From: an uncultured Anaerolineaceae bacterium
Lineage (GTDB): Bacteria > Chloroflexota > Anaerolineae > Aggregatilineales > Aggregatilineaceae
Reading direction: 5' to 3'
DNA length: 64,000 nt
Assembly: GCA_964611395.1 (NCBI GenBank)
Contig: CAZSXY010000002.1
Coordinates: 1,682-65,681 of the forward strand
Shown here piece after piece: positions 38,695 to 47,120 of this stretch. Position 1 is the stretch's first letter. Each line of letters opens with the position of its first letter. Under the pieces are notes generated by a model. That model was not told the origin of the DNA and ran no database searches. It saw only the letters and a list, made by a program, of their open reading frames with translations. Both the position numbers and the translations under genes were made by a program.

Positions 38695-39956
38695 TGTGTG
38701 GCCTCCTGCAACTGCCGGACTTCTTGTCGTTTGCTCACCAATTTGCGAACAATCTTCGGAACCTCAACCAGCCCCGGCACCGGATCAGAAAGCGATTGAA
38801 CATCCAGCCTGTGGCGGGGGTTGAACAACCCCAGTAACGCCGTGAGCGCCCGCCAGCGAGGGGGCATGGGCAAGAACGGATAACTCTGCCGCCCGGCCAG
38901 CACCTTCACAATCCAGACCAGGTCTTTTTCGAGATCACGCGAGCGCACGCCAAGCCGGTAATCGGTGTCCGGTTCACGCGCATCACCCGGCGGCCCGGAC
39001 AGATACAGTTCCGTCATCCGCGCCGGAAAATCCATGCCACTGTGTACGGCCAGCGGCAGCGATCCCCACACCCGGCCATTGATCTCCATCAAGCGCGGCC
39101 CCGCGTGCGGCCCAACTTTGAACTCAACCATCGCCAGCCCCGTCCAGTTGAGCGCCTGGAGCAATTGCTGCGAATAGTCGTACAACACGGGGTCGAGCGC
39201 GACGCTCTCGCGGAACGAGCTTGCCCCGCCGGTGACCGGCACTTCGCGCAACCGCCGGTGTTGGAAAGCTGCCAGAGTCCGCCCCTGATAGGCCAGCAAC
39301 TCCACGCCATAGCCCACACCATGACAATATTCTTGCAGCAACACCGGGCACGTCCCTTCGAACCCGCGCACGATGGCCAGCAGATGTTCGAGATCTCTGG
39401 CGTAGGTCACTTCCAGCACATCGACCGCCACCTGATCGCGGTAAAGGCGCGACACCTGCGGCTTGACCACCACCGGCCAGTTTAGCGACGTCTTGAGGCC
39501 GCGCACGTCATCCACCGTCTGCACCATGAACGTCGCCGGAACGGGCACGCCAAGCCGTTGCGCCAGCTCAATCGTCTTGAGCTTGTTCGTCACGACCTCA
39601 AGCTGGTCGCGTTCGGGCATGGCAATGGTGCACGCGCCGGCGAACTGTTCCCTCGCGCCGGACAGGGGCAGGATCACATCATCGGTAACCGGCACAAGCA
39701 GGTCAACCTGATGGTCGCGCACAGCATCGAGCAAGGCCGCCACCATCCCCGGCGGATCCACCTGGGGATCAGGGTACACAACGCGTCCGGCAACAAACCG
39801 CGAGTGAAATCCGAGGCTGTCGGGCCTCGAATCCGCCGCGATAACGCGCCAGCCCCGCCGGCCAAGCGAGCGGATAATGGCAATCGCGCTGCCGCGATTG
39901 GCGTCGGTGACCAGAATGGCCGGTGGAGCGCCTGTTTGACGGGACATATGTCGCAC
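38691..39956 (-). CDS. ATP-grasp carboxylate-amine ligase-like protein
   Basis: Pre-ATP-grasp N-domain (ILVTDANRGSAIAIIRSLG). ATP-grasp core (WPVVVKPQ, LLQEY, AMVEFK, LMEINGR). Confidence 0.75.
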   Translation of the reverse strand: MRHMSRQTGAPPAILVTDANRGSAIAIIRSLGRRGWRVIAADSRPDSLGFHSRFVAGRVVYPDPQVDPPGMVAALLDAVRDHQVDLLVPVTDDVILPLSGAREQFAGACTIAMPERDQLEVVTNKLKTIELAQRLGVPVPATFMVQTVDDVRGLKTSLNWPVVVKPQVSRLYRDQVAVDVLEVTYARDLEHLLAIVRGFEGTCPVLLQEYCHGVGYGVELLAYQGRTLAAFQHRRLREVPVTGGASSFRESVALDPVLYDYSQQLLQALNWTGLAMVEFKVGPHAGPRLMEINGRVWGSLPLAVHSGMDFPARMTELYLSGPPGDAREPDTDYRLGVRSRDLEKDLVWIVKVLAGRQSYPFLPMPPRWRALTALLGLFNPRHRLDVQSLSDPVPGLVEVPKIVRKLVSKRQEVRQLQEATQ

Positions 39957-39957
39957 C

Positions 39958-40671
39958 CTATTTGCGCATGCGGCGTTCGTGGAACGCCAGGATTGACGCT
40001 TTCACGTCATCCAGCACTTTGTCTTCCGGTTGAGTCGCATCGATAACGACGAAGTTCGGCACGAGCCGGCCCATTTCCTGGTACGCTTTGCGCCGCTCTT
40101 CCAGCAGCTCCGCTGTGCCCTCCCCTTTGCGGGCGAGCAAGACCCCCGCCGGAGCATCGAGATAGATCATCAACCCCGGTTTGGGGTAGATGTGTTTGAG
40201 CATCAGGCCGTGAATCCGCCGCGCAAGCGTTTTTTTGTATGGCGTCTCGGCCACATCATAGCTGTAATAGTCCGGGAAGAAATGCCGGTCAAACAACACC
40301 ACATAGCCGCGCCATTCATAGACCCACGTGATCACCTGGCGGAACCATTCTTCGGCCATCCGGTTCATCAAGGACAGCAACGACTTGATGCCACGCACGA
40401 ACCGACGGGCACGCCCTGCCGGATCGGCGGCAATCGTGCTGGGATCGCGCGGGCCGTGCGTGTCGGCAGGAACTCCGCGCAGCCGCTTAATCGCTCGCAA
40501 CAGGCGCGTTGTGGGTAGCATCACGTTGCTGGAGTCGGTACTCACTCCCATGTAAACATAACGTGTGGGTAACGAGAACGACTCCTGCAAACGGTGGCAG
40601 ATGGTGGTCTTTCCACAACCATCCGGGCCCACTAACGCAACTGAGAACATCTTCATTGTCTCATGCCTCAT
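39958..40671 (-). CDS. Small P-loop kinase-like protein (paralog of the C-half of 48754-50025)
   Basis: Walker A VALVGPDGCGKTT, Walker-B-like VVLFDRHF, and the LDAPAGVLLARKGE block shared with the paralog. Confidence 0.6.
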   Translation of the reverse strand: MRHETMKMFSVALVGPDGCGKTTICHRLQESFSLPTRYVYMGVSTDSSNVMLPTTRLLRAIKRLRGVPADTHGPRDPSTIAADPAGRARRFVRGIKSLLSLMNRMAEEWFRQVITWVYEWRGYVVLFDRHFFPDYYSYDVAETPYKKTLARRIHGLMLKHIYPKPGLMIYLDAPAGVLLARKGEGTAELLEERRKAYQEMGRLVPNFVVIDATQPEDKVLDDVKASILAFHERRMRK

Positions 40672-41852
40672 GCCTTGGACGCTATAGCTTCAATGATCTG
40701 GTGAACCCTGGACCCGCTAACGCCCCAGTCAAAATGCGCCTTCACATAGGCGCGTGCGCCAGCGTCAGGCTGGCGATCCGCCGCCCGCGCCTGCAATTCC
40801 TCGCAGATGATCTCCGCCATCGCGTCCGGAGCATCAGCGATCCGGAGAGGCGGCATCTGGCCGTTTTCGGTGCGCAAGCCAGCCGCCGCCAGGCTCGTCG
40901 CCACCACAGGAACCTGCATCGCCATGGCGTCGAGCAGCTTGTTCTGAATGCCCGCCCCAAACCGCAAGGGGGCGACGAAAAGCGTCGCCTGCTCCAGGTA
41001 GGGGCGCACGTCGTCCACATACCCTGTCACCGTCACATTGGGCCGCTTGCCTTCAGCAACGAGTGCGGGCTTGGGGCTATGCCCGACGATCAACACCTGC
41101 ACCTCAGGGATCACTGCTTCAACGAGCGGCAAGATGTCGCGGATCAGGTGCATGGCGGCGTCCGCGTTGGGCGCATAGTTCATCGCCCCGGTGAAGATCA
41201 GAGTGTTCAGGCCTAGCTGTTCAGAGTTGCGCGTCCAAAACTCAAAATCCACGCCATTGGGAATCACGGTCATGTTGGGCTTAGGGCCGCCGACCAGGAC
41301 ATCCCGGTCACGCACCGACGCAAACAAGCCGTGCGCCGCCCGCGCCAGAAGCAGCCGTTCATATCGTCGCATCTTCCGGTACTTCACCCACAAAACGGGC
41401 AGCTTCGACCGGAGAGCGACCTGCATCTGCCCCCTGATACGCATGGACGACGCATCGGTGAAATCGGCGATGACCGGCGGTGTGTTCAATCCCTCGATAG
41501 CCGGATACGTTTCCTTCCCACTAAACAACACCACATCGAACGATTCTTCCGACAGCAAGCGCTCAATCGTCCGGCGCATGCCGTGAACGGCGCTGTTCTT
41601 CAAGAGTCGGCCCTGCGCCCAATGGATCATCTTTCCTGCCGGTGACCGTCCCCTTCCGTGCGACCGGAATGTGATCACCCGCTCTGTAAACGGTTCCATG
41701 GCTGCCGCATGTTCTGGCTCAAACGACGGCCCGACCACCGCCAGCAACGTAATCGCGTGATGTTTCGCCAGCTCCCTCATCAGAAAATAGTGACGCAAAT
41801 ACCCGCTGGTGAGCGGAAATGGGAAACCGTTTGTCAAATACAAGATACGCAT
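40668..41852 (-). CDS. Glycosyltransferase family 4 (GT-B)
   Basis: MRILYLTNGFPFP N-terminus and C-terminal GAGIQNKLLDAMAMQVPVVAT. ATGA overlap with the downstream gene. Confidence 0.85.
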   Translation of the reverse strand: MRILYLTNGFPFPLTSGYLRHYFLMRELAKHHAITLLAVVGPSFEPEHAAAMEPFTERVITFRSHGRGRSPAGKMIHWAQGRLLKNSAVHGMRRTIERLLSEESFDVVLFSGKETYPAIEGLNTPPVIADFTDASSMRIRGQMQVALRSKLPVLWVKYRKMRRYERLLLARAAHGLFASVRDRDVLVGGPKPNMTVIPNGVDFEFWTRNSEQLGLNTLIFTGAMNYAPNADAAMHLIRDILPLVEAVIPEVQVLIVGHSPKPALVAEGKRPNVTVTGYVDDVRPYLEQATLFVAPLRFGAGIQNKLLDAMAMQVPVVATSLAAAGLRTENGQMPPLRIADAPDAMAEIICEELQARAADRQPDAGARAYVKAHFDWGVSGSRVHQIIEAIASKA

Positions 41853-41874
41853 CGCGTATATCCACCACCTGTCG

Positions 41875-42906
41875 TTAGAAACTCAAATCCCCAACATGAC
41901 TCGCGGCATAAAGCCACAGGGCATGGTACCGATTCGACCGCAGCCAATCGGCGGTTTCGCCGCTAAGCCGGTCGTCAAGACCTCCGGCCTCACGAACACG
42001 CGCCACCAGTTGGCCGGTGTAGCGCGCCCAAGTCAGCACAAACAACGGGGCAAGCGCCTCAGTGGGCAACTCCAGCGCCCGCGCGTAGTGGCTTATATAG
42101 GGCCGCGCCCAGGCCTCGGTCCCAAAGAACGCCTCATGAAACGCCTGCAGATACTCCGGCAATGACCGGGCGCGGTTGCGCGCGAAGGCAATGTACGTGA
42201 GGAAGAAAAACAAATCGCAAGCAACCAGCCCATCGAGCCGGGCCAACTCCCAATCCACTACACCCAGCCCCCCGTGAGGCATCACAATCAAATTGGGATG
42301 GCTCAGGTCGCCGTGCTCCAGCACTGGGGGCAAATTCGCCTCCTGGAGCCGGGCCGCAAGCTGGCGGGTTACCGCCAGGGCGCGCTCTTCGTCCGGCGTG
42401 AGCGCCGACGCGTTTTCGATGGCCGCCAGCGGTTCCAACACGAGACGGTCGAACCAGTCCGCGCCACCACGATCGGGCTGCGGCTGTTGCACCTCAACCA
42501 GCCACTCAACGCCCAACCGGCAACAACGGGCCATGTCACGGCGCGCCACAGCCTTGCTCATCGGAGTGCCGACAATAGCCGTCTCAAGCAGGATGGGGTA
42601 GCCGCAATAGGTATCGTAAGCGACTACTTCCGGCACTGACGCGAAACCGCCAGGACGCAGCGCCTGCACAGCCCGCAATATGCGCACTTCGCGCTCCAGA
42701 AATTCCCCGGCATCAGGCAGGCGCGGCACTTTGGCCACCAGCACCGGGCGCACCCGGCCCACCGGCAAAATCAGGAACACCGCATGGCGCGACGCCTGAA
42801 ACCGTGGCGTGAGCACAACGCTGGTCAACCGGCGCGGCACACCCAGACGTTCCAGGTCAAGGCTTACGCGGTGTTCTTCCAGGTATGAAAGCGCCATGTT
42901 CATCAT
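41875..42906 (-). CDS. Aminoglycoside-phosphotransferase/protein-kinase-like fold protein
   Basis: Brenner motif EHGDLSHPNLIV and VVDWELA. Start set at the ATG overlapping the upstream stop (TGATG at 42904-42908). The longer track ORF overlaps the upstream gene. Confidence 0.7.
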   Translation of the reverse strand: MMNMALSYLEEHRVSLDLERLGVPRRLTSVVLTPRFQASRHAVFLILPVGRVRPVLVAKVPRLPDAGEFLEREVRILRAVQALRPGGFASVPEVVAYDTYCGYPILLETAIVGTPMSKAVARRDMARCCRLGVEWLVEVQQPQPDRGGADWFDRLVLEPLAAIENASALTPDEERALAVTRQLAARLQEANLPPVLEHGDLSHPNLIVMPHGGLGVVDWELARLDGLVACDLFFFLTYIAFARNRARSLPEYLQAFHEAFFGTEAWARPYISHYARALELPTEALAPLFVLTWARYTGQLVARVREAGGLDDRLSGETADWLRSNRYHALWLYAASHVGDLSF

Positions 42907-43529
42907 CACACCCGCTGGCCGGTCAGGCTGAAATGCCGGATGCCCCACCCCAACAACCGGCTGTAAAACAGGCCAAGCGCGGTCAGATGGGCGAGCATTC
43001 CTTTCACGCCGGATGCGCCCTTCAGCCACGCGCTCGACACCGCGCCTGCGTCGTCTAAAGGAACCATGCGTGTGCAGGACGCGAAATTCGGCCAATGCCA
43101 GTGTGCCTGCACTCCGATCAAACCAGCACGCAGCGCCGCCCGGCGATAGGCACCGGGATGCACCCACCGGCCTGACACTTCCGCATACACGGCCCCACCG
43201 GGTCGCAGCAACACCACAACAGACGCCAACAAAGCAGGCGAAACCCCTTTACACACCACGCGATCATAGGGAGTATCGGTGGCTCCCAACGACGACGCAT
43301 CCAACACTATCAATTCGTCGCTAAAGGTGCGCAACGCTTCAAGCAACGCGCCCTGTTCCGGGCCGATATAGGCCACCCGGCCCAGCGTGGGGTCCGGCAG
43401 CAAGAAACGCCAATCCAGGCGACGCACCGCGATCAATTGCGCGTGACCGGCGTCTTCCCCTGCTGCAGTGTTGGGCTGCTGATCTAGCGCAACCAGGCTA
43501 TCAAGCGTCATCACTACCCTCACCACCAT
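42906..43529 (-). CDS. Rossmann/methyltransferase-like domain protein (homolog of the N-half of 56669-58483)
   Basis: WRFLLPD...VAYIG...IVLD...LLRPGGAVY pattern resembles a class I methyltransferase fold. Collinear with the N-terminal 200 aa of the 56669-58483 product. Confidence 0.4.
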   Translation of the reverse strand: MVVRVVMTLDSLVALDQQPNTAAGEDAGHAQLIAVRRLDWRFLLPDPTLGRVAYIGPEQGALLEALRTFSDELIVLDASSLGATDTPYDRVVCKGVSPALLASVVVLLRPGGAVYAEVSGRWVHPGAYRRAALRAGLIGVQAHWHWPNFASCTRMVPLDDAGAVSSAWLKGASGVKGMLAHLTALGLFYSRLLGWGIRHFSLTGQRV

Positions 43530-43532
43530 CGT

Positions 43533-44708
43533 TTACTGGCAAATACACGGCTTCATCACGTCAAACATATCGGAAAGCACAGCGGGGTAGGGATGGCCGA
43601 TGATGTAAGCATCTTTACCCGCCAGCGCTGATGTCAGTAGCTCAAACTGGCGGGTCTCCGCCGATTCGATCAGTTTGTTACGGGCTTCTGGAAACGCAAA
43701 ACGATACATCATGTAGGTGCTCATGAATGGAAACAGTTCGTATTGCAACGAAAACACCATCCGGCGAGCAATTTCAGCGGGGTCAATCGGTCTGGCATAC
43801 ACCTCGTCGGATTCATGGCTGAGCACCCAAAAGACCTTGTCCAAAGACCCCGACAACGTAAACGCCGACTCTGGGAACAGCTTGCGCGGATGCATATCTA
43901 CGAACATCTGGCGTTCCAGAAAGCGAACCACGCGCCCGGCTTTTCGGGAGACACTTTGAGGACCGAGGCGGCTACCACGCCGGATCACGTCCAGCGCTTT
44001 TAAGCGCGCGCGGTCGCCCATCTGGATCAAGCCATTGACACGCGGAAGCTGGTCAAGATACCAATGCCAAATCCGGATCGGTTCCGGAATGCCGAACATC
44101 TTTCCATCTGGCGTGAGGTAGACCCATTCATCGCCGACATATGCCGCGCCCTTTTCCATAAAGGCCAGCAGCGCCTCGGTTTTCCCGCCCTTTGACCAGC
44201 CGGTCGTCAACACGCCAACGCCGTCGAACGTAAATGCCGATGCATGGAGCGGGACGATGCCTTTTGCCAGCATTGTCAGGTTGATGATCGGGATCAGCAG
44301 CGGAACGGCAGACAGGCCCGACTCGCACTCAACCACGCACGGGCCGCCTATCTGGTCAAGCGCCAGCCGCACCCGCGCCTGGGCCTTGTGTTTGCTGCGC
44401 AATACGAAAAACTCATCGTCGGTGAATCCGGCTTCATGAGCGCCAAGGTAGCGGAGCGGTGACGTCAGGGACATGCGCTCGACAAAACGGATGGTGATAT
44501 CGGGTTCGCCGGGCCAGGGCCGTTGAATAGGCCCAAGTTGGCGCTCAACCGCTGCCACATCGCCGGGCAATGGATCAAGCAAACGGATTCCAACCAGGTC
44601 GTGCAGGTTGAAATCTACGACTGCATGCTGTTCTTCACTCAATATCCCATCCCCAATCCTGGTGAGATTCCCGGTAGCCACGGTGTAAGGCAAAAACGAG
44701 TCTTTCAA
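43533..44708 (-). CDS. HPr kinase C-terminal-domain-like P-loop protein
   Basis: PLHASAFTFDGVGVLTTGWSKGGKTEALLAFMEKGAAYVGDEWVYL is collinear with the HprK core (hHG..v...G.GVLitG.SG.GKSE.aLeLi.rGh.LvaDD). Confidence 0.6.
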   Translation of the reverse strand: MKDSFLPYTVATGNLTRIGDGILSEEQHAVVDFNLHDLVGIRLLDPLPGDVAAVERQLGPIQRPWPGEPDITIRFVERMSLTSPLRYLGAHEAGFTDDEFFVLRSKHKAQARVRLALDQIGGPCVVECESGLSAVPLLIPIINLTMLAKGIVPLHASAFTFDGVGVLTTGWSKGGKTEALLAFMEKGAAYVGDEWVYLTPDGKMFGIPEPIRIWHWYLDQLPRVNGLIQMGDRARLKALDVIRRGSRLGPQSVSRKAGRVVRFLERQMFVDMHPRKLFPESAFTLSGSLDKVFWVLSHESDEVYARPIDPAEIARRMVFSLQYELFPFMSTYMMYRFAFPEARNKLIESAETRQFELLTSALAGKDAYIIGHPYPAVLSDMFDVMKPCICQ

Positions 44709-44980
44709 CCAATTGTAACTTCACTATTCTATGACTTTAATTATAACTTTGACCATTGACCATTAGCCAAGACCCCTATATGATTATAATAGCAAATATG
44801 TTTAAGTAGATCGAAGTCTTCAAAATTTCAACGGCGGTTGGTCATTCACGGCTGGATAGTGACGCGTCACCACGTTGGGCCACATCAACTCAGCACATAG
44901 TAGCTAACACGTCTTCTCCGCAGGCTGGCTGCAACTGGATGAGCCAAGAAAGTCGAAGGATAGCGCGGCCTTATCTGTAT

Positions 44981-44996
44981 TGAAACGAACGTTTCA
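44981..44996. promoter_or_regulatory. Inverted repeat TGAAACG-AA-CGTTTCA in the divergent promoter region
   Basis: Perfect 7+7 inverted repeat, central in the AT-rich 535-nt gap between the two glycan operons. Confidence 0.3.
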
Positions 44997-45243
44997 GTAT
45001 CATCAAAGAATTGCTTTAGTGGTGTCGTCAAACACCTGCATCAAAACTTCCCCAATGCCTTTCTCATTCTAGGTTAGCAGAACAATAAATTTTGTCTGGT
45101 TCTTATAAAAAACTACTAAATATCGGCGCTCAGCAATGTTTTTGGGTCGCCCAACCCATATAATTCTTGAAGTAGTGGTGGTAGTACTCATTTCCTAGAT
45201 CGGAACAGAGAAGACGGAATTTAGTGTTGTAAGGGTGGGAACC

Positions 45244-46977
45244 ATGTATCAACTTCGTATTCTCATAGTGGCCGCTGTTCTTTGGGTGATCTTCTTATTC
45301 GGTTTAGCCCGCCCAGACCTCATCGGTGTAGAGTTATCCCCAGCCGTCTATGTCCTTACCCTGGGCATTGTGCTGGCTGTCTTTTTCCTGCCCGACCTGG
45401 GTGTCTGGCATTGGGCGGTAATTACCGCGCCGACCGTGGCGATCTATCTTGGCGCGGGCCTTTTCGGAGGCCTCAACCACGCGCTTTCTGACTGGCCGGT
45501 TGTGTCAATCGAGCTGATCGTGCTGTTGATCACGGTGTTCCTGGCACGCACCACATCGCTCATTGTCGCAAAGCTGGAACACGTGCTGGAGAGCCTGGTG
45601 GTTGACGCCAACAGCACACGCATTCTGTCTCCCGCCGATGGTGAGGAAACCATCAATAGCGAGTTGTTTCGCGCCAGGCGATTCGACCGGCCTGTGGCGT
45701 TTGCGCTCCTGAAGCTGGGGGATGTCCCCGAACTGCGCAATGCGCCCACCGATCGGTTTGACATCCATGCCGTACTCCAGCGCAGCTATTTGCGTTCGCG
45801 CGTCGGGCAACTTGTCGAATCCGTGTTGTATCGCACCGACCCGCTCGCCTGGTTCGATGACAACCTGGTGCTCTGCCTGCCCGAAACAACCAAACCAGAA
45901 GCAGAGAAACTCGCCCAGCAGATCTACGACCTGGTCCGGATGATGCTCAATATTCGGATACCCATCGGTATTTCCACGTTCCCTGAAAATGGGTTGATCT
46001 ACAGCGATCTAGTCGAGGCCGCGTCAAAAAACCTGTGCCAGTTTATGGAGGCAAAAGTGCAGAAGAAGGTCGCCGAAAAGCAATCGGCCAGCCAGGCGTC
46101 CCCTGCAAACATGGATGAAGGCGCGACATCGGGAAAACTGGCGCTCGACTTTTCCAACGTGAGTATGGGCAATAATGGTGCATTGAGCCTCAAACATGAG
46201 GCTGGATCGCGCTTCCTGATGGCGCTGGGCTTAGGGGCATTGTCTACCTGGGACGAACTGGTCCAACCGTTTCTGTCGCACGCCGATACGTCCATTAAAA
46301 AAGAGACGCCCTACTATGATCCGGGTTTTTGGGTCAACCGCCTGCCCTACCAGAGTGCCCAGACGCGCCGTGTCTATCTGAAGATCAAGCGCCTGATGGA
46401 CTTGACGGCAGTCATTCTCACCATGCCGCTCACGCTCCTGTTGGGGCTGACGCTGGCGTTTCTCATCTGGTTGGAAGACCGCGCGGCACCGATCTATGTC
46501 CAGCAACGGATCGGGCTGGGGGGGCGGCAGTTCAAGATGTACAAGTTCCGCTCCATGATTCCCAACGCGGATCGACGGCTGACGGAACTGGGTGTTCGTG
46601 TCAATGAACGCGGCGAGACGATCAACGAAAACGGTGACAAGCTAGAAAACGACCCGCGCATCACGCGCATGGGCAGAATCCTGCGTAAGACCAGCCTGGA
46701 TGAGCTGCCCCAACTCTGGAACGTATTGCTCGGACAGATGAGTCTGGTAGGGCCGCGCCCCACGTCGTTCGGTGTGGATAGCTACTCCTTGCTCCAGACG
46801 CAGCGCTTGAGCGTCAAGCCGGGCATCACCGGGCTGTGGCAAATCTATGATCGTGGTGACACCGACTTTGACAAGCGCCTGATCTGGGACATCAAGTATA
46901 TCGAGAAAATGAGCCTGTCATTGGACATTGAAATCCTGCTGCGCACGGTGCTCAAGTTCACCAATGGTGCACGCTAA
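45244..46977 (+). CDS. Polyprenyl-phosphate phosphoglycosyl transferase (Bac_transf) fused to N-terminal TM region and degenerate GGDEF-like domain
   Basis: C-terminus has KFRSM, SLDELPQLWNVL, LVGPRP and PGITGLWQ. The middle region has the GGDEF-domain pattern with GGDEF replaced by WFDDNL and the DxDxFK site lost. Confidence 0.8.
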   Translation: MYQLRILIVAAVLWVIFLFGLARPDLIGVELSPAVYVLTLGIVLAVFFLPDLGVWHWAVITAPTVAIYLGAGLFGGLNHALSDWPVVSIELIVLLITVFLARTTSLIVAKLEHVLESLVVDANSTRILSPADGEETINSELFRARRFDRPVAFALLKLGDVPELRNAPTDRFDIHAVLQRSYLRSRVGQLVESVLYRTDPLAWFDDNLVLCLPETTKPEAEKLAQQIYDLVRMMLNIRIPIGISTFPENGLIYSDLVEAASKNLCQFMEAKVQKKVAEKQSASQASPANMDEGATSGKLALDFSNVSMGNNGALSLKHEAGSRFLMALGLGALSTWDELVQPFLSHADTSIKKETPYYDPGFWVNRLPYQSAQTRRVYLKIKRLMDLTAVILTMPLTLLLGLTLAFLIWLEDRAAPIYVQQRIGLGGRQFKMYKFRSMIPNADRRLTELGVRVNERGETINENGDKLENDPRITRMGRILRKTSLDELPQLWNVLLGQMSLVGPRPTSFGVDSYSLLQTQRLSVKPGITGLWQIYDRGDTDFDKRLIWDIKYIEKMSLSLDIEILLRTVLKFTNGAR

Positions 46978-47120
46978 ACACACCAGGCCTTAAACATGAA
47001 AGACTCGTCTATCAGAGTCTTGCCTCAACAGCACAAAGGGCATGTCCGCCGGTTGCAGACATGCCCGAAGATATTGTGAAAGGCCCACCTGCGGCCTTGC
47101 ACAGGCAAAGGGACGTAAAG

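Noticed and set aside
41875-43167. Long versions of ORFs 41875-43167, 58275-59939, 10706-11770, 11858-13564, 36566-37687 and 8421-9188 as given in the track.
   Set aside because: The N-terminal extensions either overlap the upstream gene or lack an RBS. Internal starts place family-typical N-termini (HTH, signal peptide) correctly, have SD-like sequences or stop/start overlaps, and were used instead.
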